Below the pieces are notes generated by a model. The model saw nothing but the letters and a program-made list of their open reading frames with translations. It made no database searches and was not told the DNA's origin. A program made the position numbers and the translations under genes. Below, piece by piece: positions 38,942-50,034 of a stretch of 64,000 nucleotides of DNA. Positions within the stretch are counted from its first letter, which is position 1. Each line of letters begins with the position of its first letter. This DNA is from Scyliorhinus canicula (Eukaryota): assembly GCF_902713615.1 (NCBI RefSeq), contig NC_052149.1, positions 143,507,383 to 143,571,382 of the forward strand, given 5' to 3'.

Positions 38942-39176
38942 AGGGGCAGCATGGTGGCTCAGTAGTTAGCACCGTGGCCTCACGGCGCCGAGGTCCCAGG
39001 TTCGATCCCGGCTCTGGGTCACTGTCCGTGTGGAGTTTGCACATTCTCCCCGTGTCTGCGTGGGTTTCACCCCCACAACCCAAAAATGTGCAGAGTAGGT
39101 GGATTGGTCACACTAAATTGCCCCTTAATTGGAAAAAATGAATTGGGTACTGTAAATTTATAATAAAAAAAACAAA
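38942..39176 (+). mobile_element. A-tailed V-SINE with 16-bp TSD
   Basis: TSD aaacaataaaggacca at 38926-38941 and 39177-39192. Confidence 0.9.
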
Positions 39177-39489
39177 AAACAATAAAGGACCACATCCCAC
39201 CTGCCCCCTGACGTCAGCCCCGCCTCATATCCCATGGTGCCCTTAGTTTTGCCCAGCCCTTCCTGGAAGACCTCAGCGTACTTCCCCAATATTTTGTAAA
39301 GTCCTCCGGTGCTCATCCATAACATCTGTTGCCAGTCCAACTGGAAACATTGCAGGCAGTCATGGCCCAGCAGACTCGGTCTCGCAGGTCTGGCTTCCAA
39401 TTAGCGAAACTGCGGCTCCCGTGTCCAACGCCATCTGGACAGTAATCCTGATGGGCCAACTTATGGTGTGGGAATGCAATTCAGTTGCA

Positions 39490-42400
39490 TACATAAGAAC
39501 ATAAGAATTAGGAGCAGGAGTAGGCCATCCAGCCCCTCGGGCCTGTTCTGCCATTCAATGAGATCATGGCTGATCTTTTGTGGACTCAGCTCCACTTTCC
39601 GGCTCGAACACCATATCCCTTAATCCCTTTATTCTTCAAAAAACTATCTATCTTTACCTTAAAAACATTTAATGAAGGAGCCTCAACTGCTTCACTGGGC
39701 AAGGAATTCCATAGATTCACAACCCTTTGGGTGAAGAAGTTCCTCCTAAACTCAGTCCTAAAACTACTTCCCCTTATTTTGAGGCTATGCCCCCTAGTTC
39801 TGCTTTCACCCACCAATGGAAACAACCTGCCCGCATCTATCATATCTATTCCCTTCATAATTTTATATGTTTCTATAAGATCCCCCCTCATCCTCCTAAA
39901 TTCCAACGAGTACAGTCCCAGTAAACTCAACCTCTCCTCGTAATCCAACCCCTTCAGCTTTGGCATTAACCTAGTGAATCTCCTCTGTACACCCTCCAGC
40001 GCCAGTACGTCCTTTCTCAAGTAAGGAGACCAAAACTGAACACAATACTCCAGGTGTGGCCTCACTAACACCTTATACAATTGCAGCATAACCTCCCTAG
40101 TCTTAAACTCCATCCCTCTAGCAATGAAGGACAAAATTCCATTTGCCTTCTTAATCACCTGTTGCACCTGTAAACCAACGTTTTGCGACTCATGCACTAG
40201 CACACCAGGTCTCTCTGCACAGCAGCTGTTTAATATTTTGCCATTTAAATAATCCCTTTTGCTGTTATTCCTCCCAAAATGGATAACCTCACATTTGTCA
40301 ACATTGTATTCCATCTGCCAGACCCTAGTCCATTCACTTAACCTATCCAACTCCCTCTGAAGACTTCCAGTATCCTCTGCACTTTTTGCTTTACCACTCA
40401 TCTTAGTGTCGTCTGCAAACTTGGACACATTGCACTTGGTCCCCAACTCCAAATCATCTATGTAAATTGTGAACAATTGTGGGCCCAACACTGATCCCTG
40501 AGGGACACCACTAGCTACTGATTGCCAACCAGAGAAACACCCATTAATCACCACTCTTTGCTTTCTATCAATTAACCAATCCTCTATCCATGCTCCTACT
40601 TTACCCTTAATGCCATGCATCTTTATCTTACGCAGCAACCTTTTGTGTGGCACCTTGTCAAAGGCTTTCTGTAAATCCAGATATACCACATCCATTGGCT
40701 CCCTGTTTTCTACTGCACTGGTCATGTCCTCAAAAAACTTCCACTAAATTAGTTAGGCACGACCTGCCCTTTATGAACCCATGCTGCGTCTGCCCAATGG
40801 GACAATTTCCATCCAGATGCCTCGCTATTTCTTCCTTGATGATAGATTCCAGCATCTTCCCTACTACCGATGTTAAGCTCGCTGGCCTGTCATTACCTGC
40901 TTTCTGCCTACCTCATTTTAAAACTGGTGTCGCGTTTGCTAATTTCCAATCTGCCGGAATCACCCCAGAGTCAAGTGAATTTGCAATTTCGCTAGCCATC
41001 TCTTTTAGTACTCTGGGATGCATTCCATCAGGGCCAGGAGACTTGTCTAACGTTAGCCCCATGAGCCTGCCCATCACTACCTCCTTAGAGATAACAATCA
41101 TCCCAAGGTCTTCACCTGTCATAGCCTCATTTTTATCAGTCACTGGTATGTTATTTGTGTCTTCCACTTTGAAGACCGACCCAAAAAACCTGTTCAGTTC
41201 CTCAGCTATTTCCTCATCTCCCATTATTAAGTCTCCCTTCTCATCCTCTAAAGGACCAATATTTACCTTAGCCACTCTTTTTTGTTTTATATATTTGTAG
41301 AAACTTTTACTATCTGTTTTTATATTATGAGCAAGTTTACTCTCATAATCTTACTCTTCATAGCTTTTTTTAGTAGCTTTCTGTTGCTCCCTAAATATTT
41401 CCCAGTCCTCTAATTTCCCACTAATCTTTGCCACTTTGTATGCTTTTTCCTTCAATTTGATACTCTCCCTTATTTCCTCTTTCTACCGTCCTTCCTTTTT
41501 GTTGGTATAAACCTTTGCTGAGCACTGTGAAAAATCGCTTGGAAGGTTCTCCACTGTTCCTCAACTGTTTCACCATAAAGTCTTTACTCCCAGTCTACCT
41601 GAGCTAGTTCTTCTCTCATCCCATTGTAATCTCCGTTGTTTAAGCTCAAAACACTAGTGTTTGATTTTACCTTCTCACCCTCCATCTGTATTTTAAATTC
41701 CACCATATTGTCATTGCTCCTTCCGAGAGGATCCCTAACTATGAGATATTCATCAATCCTGTCTCATTACACAGGACCAGACCTAGGACCGCTTGTTCTC
41801 TCGTAGGTTCCATTACATATTGTTCCAGGAAACTATCGCGGATACATTCTATAAACTCCTCCTCAAGGCTGCCTTAACCGACCTGGTTAAACCAATCAAC
41901 ATGCAGATTAAAATCCCCAATGATAACTGCTGTACCATTTCTACATGCATCAGTTATTTCTTTGTTTATTGCCTGCCCCACCATAATGTTACTATTTGGT
42001 GGCCTATAGACTACTCCTATCAGTGACTTTCTTGCCATACTATTCCTGATTTCCACCCAAATGGATTCAACCTTATCCTCCATAGCACCGATATCATTCC
42101 TTACTGTTGCCCGGATGTCATCCTTAAATAACAGAGCTACACCACCTCCATAACCATCCACTCTGTCCTTCTGAATAGTTTGATACCGTCGGATACTTAA
42201 CTCCCAGTCGTGACCATCCTTTCACCATGTTTCAGTAATGGCCACTAAATCATAGTCATTCACGATGATTTGCGCCATCAACTCAATTACCTTATTCCGA
42301 ATACTACGAGTATTCAAGTAAAGTACACTTTTGTTGGCTTTTATACCTCTGTTTTGAATTTTAACACCTCGATCTGTAACCTTTCCTAAGTTATATTTCT

Positions 42401-43037
42401 TCTTAACTTTTCTCCTAATTTTCCTTGTCGTTGAACCCATATCTTCATGTAACAACCTGCCTTGTCGCTTACAATTTATGTTTTTACTTCCCGTTTTATT
42501 CCTTTTAGTATTACTGGGCCTATTGACTGAGCTCCCCTCTACCTTGTACTGTTGCCCATTTTGATTTTTGACTATGTCCTCCCTGCCTTACACTTTCCCC
42601 CTTACTGCCTTTTGTTTCTGTCCCTGTTTTACTACCTTCCGACTTCCTGCATTGGTTCCCACCCCCATGCCACTTTAGTTTAAACCCTCCCCAACAGCTT
42701 GGGCAAACACCCCCCCCAGGACATCGGTTCCAGTCCTGCCCAGGTGCAGACCGTCCAGTTTGTACTGGTCCCACCTCCCCCAGAACCGGTTCCAATACCC
42801 CAGGAATTTGAATCCCTCCCTGTTGCACCATCTCTCGAGCCACGCATTCATCCTATCTATCCTGACATTCCTACTCTGACTAGCTCGTGGCACTGGTAGC
42901 AATCCTGAGATTACTACCTTTGAGGTCCTAATTTTTAGTTTAACTCCTAACTCCCTGAATTCAGCTTGTAGGACGTCGTCCCGATTTTTACCTATATCGT
43001 TGGTGCCTATGTGCACCACGACAGCTGGCTGTTCACC

Positions 43038-43070
<33 letters not shown>

Positions 43071-43870
43071 ACCCAGTAATGTCCTGCAGCCGCTCCGAGA
43101 CATCCTTGACCCTTGCACCAGGGAGGCAACATACCATCCTGGAGTCTCGATTGAGTCTGCAGAACCGCCTGTCTATTCCCTTTACGATTGAGTCCCCTAT
43201 CACTATAGCCCTGCCATTCTTCTTCCTGCCCTGCTACGCAGCAGAGCCAGCCATGGTGCCATGTACCTGGCTGCTGCTGTATTCCCCTGGTGAGCCATCT
43301 CCCTCAACTGTATCCAAAGCGGTATATCTGTTTTGCAGGGAGATGACCGCAGGGGACACCTGCACTGCCTTCCTACTCTTGCTCTGTCTTTTGGTCACCC
43401 ATTTTCTGTCTACCTCAGTAACTTTCACCTGCGGTGTGACCAACTCGCGAAACATGTTATCCACAACGTCCTCAGCATCGCGGAGGCTCCAAAGTGAGTC
43501 CATCCGCAGTTCCAGTGCCATCAAGCGGTCTAACAGGAGCTGCAACTGGACACACTTCTTGCACATGAAGGAGTCAGGGACAGTAGACGTGTCCCTGAGC
43601 TCCCACATCGCACACGAGGAGCATGACACAGGTCTGGGATCTCCTGCCATGTCTTAAACCTTAGGCTAACTTATACAACTACAATTCCAAAAAACGAAAG
43701 AATAAATAAATGTACAAATGAGAAGACAAACTACTTACCAGTTACTTACCAGGGATGAAAAGCACCTCCTCCCCACCCAGATTCGAATTCCTACCTAGCT
43801 TCAAATTCCCAAACTCACTCTTTGCTGTGTCTCACTCTGGCTGTGTCTTCTCTGGCTCACTGGGAGAACT
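39490..43870 (-). mobile_element. Near full-length CR1 LINE (5' UTR, ORF1 zinc finger plus SGNH esterase, ORF2 APE-RT), frameshifted
   Basis: ORF1 from 43650: CSSCAMWE..CKKCVQLQLL, VVVHIGTND, DGLHL. ORF2: LYLNTRSIRNK..ITETW, VVYRPPN, GDFN, KAFDKV, GVPQGSVLGP, FADD. (CTTATGTT)n tail. Confidence 0.95.
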
Positions 43871-44769
43871 CATTCCTCATCAGATTCGTCTAAGTGGAGG
43901 GTCCGGGCTCTGGGCTGGCCTCTCCCTCGGGTAGGGCGGCAAGTTTTCTAGCTGACCTGCGGTTTCCTATCCCTGTGATTTTGTCAGTCACAAGTGCTGC
44001 ACTGCCTTGTATTGTCCTCCATTGATTCCGGGGAGGCGTCCCACCTGGCAGTAGTGACCCTTGACCAATGGGCCTGGTTCTGATGGTGTTCGGGCCTATG
44101 CAGGGTTCCAATTCTACGAGGCGAAGTGGAGATCCCACAGGTGGTCAGAAGTACTACCATCTGCTGATCACCCCCAAGGATAGCATTTGCCTTAAAATTG
44201 TAGCACATACGCTCCATGTACTAAGTTCAGTCCTCTACACCCACATCGAATGCATCGAGTCTGCCAAAGAGTGGAATTTTCAAAATGATGGGAACCAGAA
44301 TGCGGGGTAGTGAGGGTCTCCTACACTGTTTACCTCCCTCCCTGACATTCCCCAGAGTTCCCAGACTCCTATCTCTATACACACCCATGAGAAGGAGATC
44401 TTGACAGCCCTTTTTAGGTCCAGCAACGTCTCAGCTAGCAATTTCCACTGGTTCGCCATATTATTTACTCTGGATACTAGGCAGTCCTGTAGCATTTTGT
44501 GTAGGGTTGGCTAGTGGTCATAATACCCTGCCACTGTATGCAATCATGCCAAAAACTCGGTAATTGACTCCCCTGAGGTCCTCTCGGCCACATTAAGTCA
44601 GTACCTCGTTACAATAATTAATGGCTTGGGTAATAGTTGTTTGCCATGCACGGCACTAGCTTTTCAAACGTCTTAGAGTGTGGGGTGTGCCAGGCTCTTC
44701 ATGATGCTGGAAGTGGGGATCCCACAGGTGGTCAGAAGAACTACCATCTGCTGATCACTAAGTGCTGCC

Positions 44770-47700
44770 CAAAGACAGAAGGACATATCGGATATTGAGG
44801 TCAGGGATAGGTGTGTGACCACTCTTGAGAATGTCACCAACAGTCTGTCCTGGTCCACTTGTGTTAATGCAATAATCAAGAAAGCACAACAACGCCTCAA
44901 CTTCCTAAGAAATTCGGCATGTCTGCATCGACTCTCACAAACTTCTACAGATGTGCCATAGAGAGCATCCTATCCGGCTGCATTACAGCTTGGTATGGTA
45001 ACTGCTTGACCTAAATCGCAAGAACTGCAGTGTGTGGTGAACTCAGCCCGACGCATCACACATGCTTGCCACCCGCACATTGATTCTGTATACACCTCCC
45101 GCTGCCTCAGGAAGGCAGACAGCATTATCAGAGACCCCTCCCACCCAGGCTTTTCCATCTCCCAGACCTTCCACAGGCAGAAGTCTGAAGACCCGCATAT
45201 CCAGACATTGTTGTATATATCACAGACGAGATGTAATACCGTAATGCTCCTGTACTACAGGTACGGGGGTAGATCCCTGCCTGCTGGCTCCACCCAGTAG
45301 GCGGAGTATAAATGTCTGTGCTCACCGAGCTGCAGCCATTTCGGCAGCAGCTGTGGGAGGCTACACATCTCTGCTTAATAATGCCTCGATTACTCTATAC
45401 TCTCATCTCATCATAATTAATAGTGCATCAATTTATTAAGCAGAGATTTTACAACAATGGACCTCCTCATCAAGCCTGATCGCCTGCACCCTCAAGCAGA
45501 CAACGCTAAGTCGGCCTTCGCCCATTGGCTAGCTTGCTTTGAAGCCTACATCGGATCTGCGACAGAACCACCCACCGAGGCACAGAAATTCCAGATCCTG
45601 TATACACGGCTGAGCTCCGATATCTTTCCCCTCATCCGGGACGCACCTACCTAAGCTGAGGCCATGGCGCTGCTGAAAGAGAACTACACTGAGCAGACCA
45701 ACAAACTCTACGCCAGGTACCTCCTGTCCACACAGCATCAACTCCCCGGTGAGTCTGTGGAAGATTTCTGGCGTGCCCTGCACGCCCTGGCGAGGGAATG
45801 CAATTGACAGGCCATTTCAGCCTTTGAACATTCTGAACTCCTAATCAGAGACGCTTTTGTTACGGGCATAGGGTCGGCGTACATCCGCCAGCGCCTCTTA
45901 GAAGGGGCTACCCTCGACCTCGCGGCAACCAAGAAACTCGCGATCTCACTAACGTACGCCGCCGATCGCACGGCACCCCCCCTCCTTGACATCGTGGACC
46001 CCACCAGCGAACACCCCATCGTGGACCCCACCAGCGACCGCCCCCAGCCAACTCAAGCCTGCGCCGCGCGGCAGCCAGCCAACCCCGGGGGACCCAAGTG
46101 CTACTTCTGCGGACAGACATAGCACCCCCGGCAGCGCTGCCCGGCGCGGAGTGCACTCTGCAAGGCCTGCGGGAAGAAAGAATATTTTGCTGCTGTGTGC
46201 CAGGCCCGCTCGATCGCCGCTGTAACGAGGCCCATTGTTCCTGCACCCCCCACGTGCGACCTGTGGGCACCGCCATTTTCGCCCCTGCAGCCCAAATGCG
46301 GCCCGTGGGCGCCGCCATCTTCGTCGCCTCAGAAAACATGCGGTCCGTGGGCGCCGCCTTCTTGCTTGCCTCAGGACACGTGCGGCCCGTGGGTACCGCC
46401 ATCTTCCCCCCCATCAGGCCTCGTGCGGCCCGTGGGCGCCACCATCTTTAACGCCGCCCGCCACGTGCGCCCTGGGGGCGCCGCCATCTTCCACGCCTCG
46501 GGACCCCTGCTCATCAGGCACCTCATTGGGCCGCTCATCGCCTGCAGCTGCCGCCGACCAGCCGGGGCCTTCCAACACCAGCTACAGCTCGCCTCCATCA
46601 CGATCGACCAGTCCCGGCCGCACAACCTCGCAACCGCGTTGACGACGGTAAAGGTCGATGGGCAGAAGACATCATGCCTTCTTGACTCCAGGAGCACAGA
46701 GAGCTTCATCCACCCTGATACGGTAAGGCGCTGCTCCCTCTCAGACAAGCTGCTCCCCATCACACAACAATCTCCCTGTCCTCCGGATCCCACTCCGTGG
46801 AGATCCTGGGGTACTGCACTGCCACCTTCACCATCCAGGGCGCACAGTTCAGCAACTTCCGGCTCTACATCTTCCCCAACCTCTGCACTGTCTTGCTACT
46901 CGACCTGGACTTCCAGTGCAACCTCCAAAGTCTCACTCTGAAATTCGGCGGGCCTCTACCACCCCTTACTGTATGCAGTCTCACGACCGTTAAGGTCGAC
47001 CCCCCCTTCTCTGTTTGCAAACCTCACCCTGGATTGCAAACCTGTCGCCACCAGGAGCAGACAGTACAGTGCCCAGGACAGGACCGTCATCAGGTCTGAG
47101 GTCTAGTGGCTGCTGCGGGAAGGCATCATCGAGGCCAGCAACAGCCCCTGGAGAGCCCAAGTGGTAGTTGTGAAAACTGGGGAGAAAAACAGGATGGTCG
47201 TTGACTACAGTCAGACCATCAATTGGTACACACAGCTCGAAGCATACCCCTCCCACGCATATCTGATATGGTCAGTCAGATTGCACAGTACTGGGTCTTC
47301 TCGACAGTGGACCTGAAATCTGCCTACCACCAGCTCCCCATTCGCAAGGCGGACCGCCCGTACACTGCATTTGAAGCGGACGGCCGCCTTTACCACTTCC
47401 TTAGGGTTCCCTTCGGCGTCACTAATGGAGTCTCGGTCTTCCAACGGGAGATGGACCGAATGGTTGACCGGTATGGACTACGGGCCACCTTCCCGTACCT
47501 GGATAACGTCACCATCTGCGGCCACGACCAGCAGGACCACAACGCTAAACTATCCAAATTCCTCCACACTGCCAAACTCCTCAACCTAACTTACAACAAG
47601 GAGAAGTGCGTGTTCAGCACAGACCGCTTAGCCATCCTCGTCTATGTGGTGAAAAATGGGGTTCTAGGGCCCGACCCCGAGCGCATGCACTCCCTCATGG

Positions 47701-50030
47701 AACTCCCCCTCCCCCACTGCCCCAAGGCCCTGAACGATGTCTGGGGTTCTTCTCATACTACGCCCTGTGGGTCCCTAACTATGTGGACAAGGCCCCCCCA
47801 CTCATTCACACCACCGTTTTCCCCCCGACGGCCGAGGTTCACCAGGCCTTCAACCGTATCAAGGCCGACATCGCCAAGGCCGCGATGCACGCGGTTGACG
47901 AGACGCTCCCCTTCCAAGTCAAGAGCGATGCATCAGGCATCGCTCTGGCCGCCACCCTCAACCAGGCAGGCAGGCCTGTGGCATTCTTTTCATGCACCCT
48001 CCATGCCTCCGAACTTCGGCACTCCTCCGTCGAGAAGGAGGCCCAAGCCATCGTAGAAGCTGTGCGGCATTGGAGGCATTACCTGGCCGGCAGGAGATTC
48101 ACCCTCCTCGCTGACCAACGGTCGGCTGCCTTCATGTTCAATAACACGCAGTGGGGCAAGATCAAAAATGATAAAATCTTGAGGTGGAGGGTCAAGCTCT
48201 CCACCTACAATTACGAGATTTTGTATCGCCCCGGTAAGCTCAACGAGCCCCCCGATGCCCTATCCCGAGGTACATGTGCCAGCACACAAGTGGGCCGACT
48301 CCGGACCCTACACGACCCTCTCTGTCACCCAAGGGTCACCCGGTTCTTTCACTTCATTAAGGCCCGCAGTCTGCCCTACTCCATTGAGGAGGTCAGGGCT
48401 ATCACCAGAGACTGCCAGGTCTGCGCTGAGTGCAAACTGCAATTCCACCGGCCAGACCGTGCGCATCTAGTGAAGGCCCCCCGCCCCTTTGAGCGCCTCT
48501 GCATGGAATTCAAAGGGCCCCTCCCCTCCACCGACTGAAACACGTTCTTCCTTAACGGGGTCGAAGAATACTCCAGATTCCCCTTTGACGTCCCATGCCC
48601 CAATATGTCATTTGCCACCGTCATCAAAGCACTCAACACCATCTTCGCCCTGTTTGGTTTCCCCGCCTACATCCACAGCGACTGGGGTTCCTCCTTTATG
48701 AGCGATAAGTTGCGTCAGTACCTGCTCAGCAAGGGCATCGCCTCGAGCAGGACGATCAGCTACAACCCCCGGGGAAACGGGCAGGTGGAGCGGGAGAATG
48801 GGATGGCCTGGAAGGCCATCCAGCTGGCCCTACGCTCCAAAAATCTCCCGGCCTCCCGCTGGCAGGAAGTCCTCCCCGACACCCTTCACTCCATCCGATC
48901 GCTACTTTGCACTGCGACTAATGCAACCCCCCATGAACGTCTCCTTGCCTTCCCCAGGAAGTCCACCTCCGGGGTTTCGCTCCCAACGTGGCTGGCAGCT
49001 CCAGGACCCGTTCTCCTCCGCAAGCACGTGCGGCTCTACAAGGCGGACCCACTGGACGAGAGAGAGGGAACAGCTACTCCATGCAAACCCACAGTACGCC
49101 AGGGCATATCCCGACGGCCGCCAAGACACAGTCTCCCTCAGGGACCTGGCACCAGCTGGGTCCTCACAACCCCCTTTTGCCCCGGTGCCACCCTTCCTTC
49201 CCCCAGCGCACCTCACCACAGCCCCCGCTCCAGGATGATCCATCCTCCCCTTGGTCCCACCCGGGGATGAAGATGAGGTCTACACGCTCCTGGAATCACT
49301 GACGACCGAGCCGACGCCTGCATGGCCACTGGGTCTGCAGCACTCACAACGGAGGATCAAGGCACCCGATCGGCTGAATTTGTGAACTTTCCCCAAAATG
49401 TTTACCTTAAAATGCATGTAAATAGTTTTCCACCACCCCCGCTGGACTCTTTTTTAACAGGAGGTGAATGTGGTAGTCACCACTGTTGTATATAATCACA
49501 TACAAGATGTAATACAGTAAGGCTCCTGTACTGCAGGTACGAAGGTAGATCCCTGCCTGCTGGCTCCATCCAGTAGGCGGAGCATAAATGTGTGGGCTCA
49601 CCGAGCTGCAGCCATTTTGGCTGCAGCTGCAGGAGGCTACACATCTCTGCTTAATAAAGCCTCGATTACACTCTACTCTCGTCTCGTCATAATTGATAGT
49701 GCATCAATGCAGAAGTCTGAAGACCCGCACGTCTAGACATAGGAACAGCTTCTTCCCCACAGCTACAAGACTCCTAGACGAATCTCCGTCACACTGATCT
49801 GTTCCCTGTAAGAACACTATTCTCAACGTCCTATGCTGCTCTTGCTCATGTATTTGTTTCGTTTGGCCCCTTGTTCCACACTGTAACTAATCACTGTCGA
49901 TGTACCATTTGTCAATGTACTATGTCGATTATTCTTTTTTGTCTACTATGTACGTACTGTGTACGTTCCCTTTGCTGCAGAAAAATACTTTTCACTGTAC
50001 TTCGGTACATGTGACAATAAATCAAATCAC
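44770..50030 (+). mobile_element. Rex1/Babar LINE 3' fragment (44770-45208 and 49707-50030) hosting the Gypsy element
   Basis: KKAQQRL.., SIIRDPSHPG, and a 3' UTR homologous to 33443-34012. Confidence 0.85.
45209..49706 (+). mobile_element. Full-length Ty3/Gypsy-type LTR retrotransposon with decayed gag-pol
   Basis: 5' LTR 45209-45430 and 3' LTR 49469-49706 (TG..CA); PPT at about 49456-49468; gag ATG 45457 with CYFCG..H....C knuckle. Protease LLDSRST, RT VDLKSAYHQ..VPFGVTN..YLDN, RNase H SDAS..EKEA, integrase HHCC plus HSD..GNGQVER. Several stops and frameshifts. Confidence 0.95.
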
Positions 50031-50034
50031 ATCA

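Larger units (their letters stand above)
31800..44760 (-). mobile_element. Old fragmented Ty3/Gypsy LTR retrotransposon, heavily nested
   Basis: Pieces in Gypsy order: gag (YMERMCYNFKANAI...LLTTCG, about 43870-44760), protease LDTGAAVSLI (about 39230-39490), RT/RNase H CDASPYGIG..NYAQIEKEG..TDHKPL (37572-38850), QRWALLLS (36370-36541), integrase SSNRLAERAVQAFK..LARFLFSYRTTP (32330-33165). A G-rich PPT is followed by a TGTTA LTR start at 32330. Confidence 0.85.

Noticed and set aside
43036-43070. Poly-glycine tract in the CR1 ORF1 esterase, and the many other poly-C/G runs
   Set aside because: Homopolymer expansion in a dead element, with uncertain length; not evidence of a protein feature.
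46250-46495. Repeat-spacer-like array resembling CRISPR
   Set aside because: Eukaryotic DNA, inside a gag-pol frame, with short related spacers and no cas genes.
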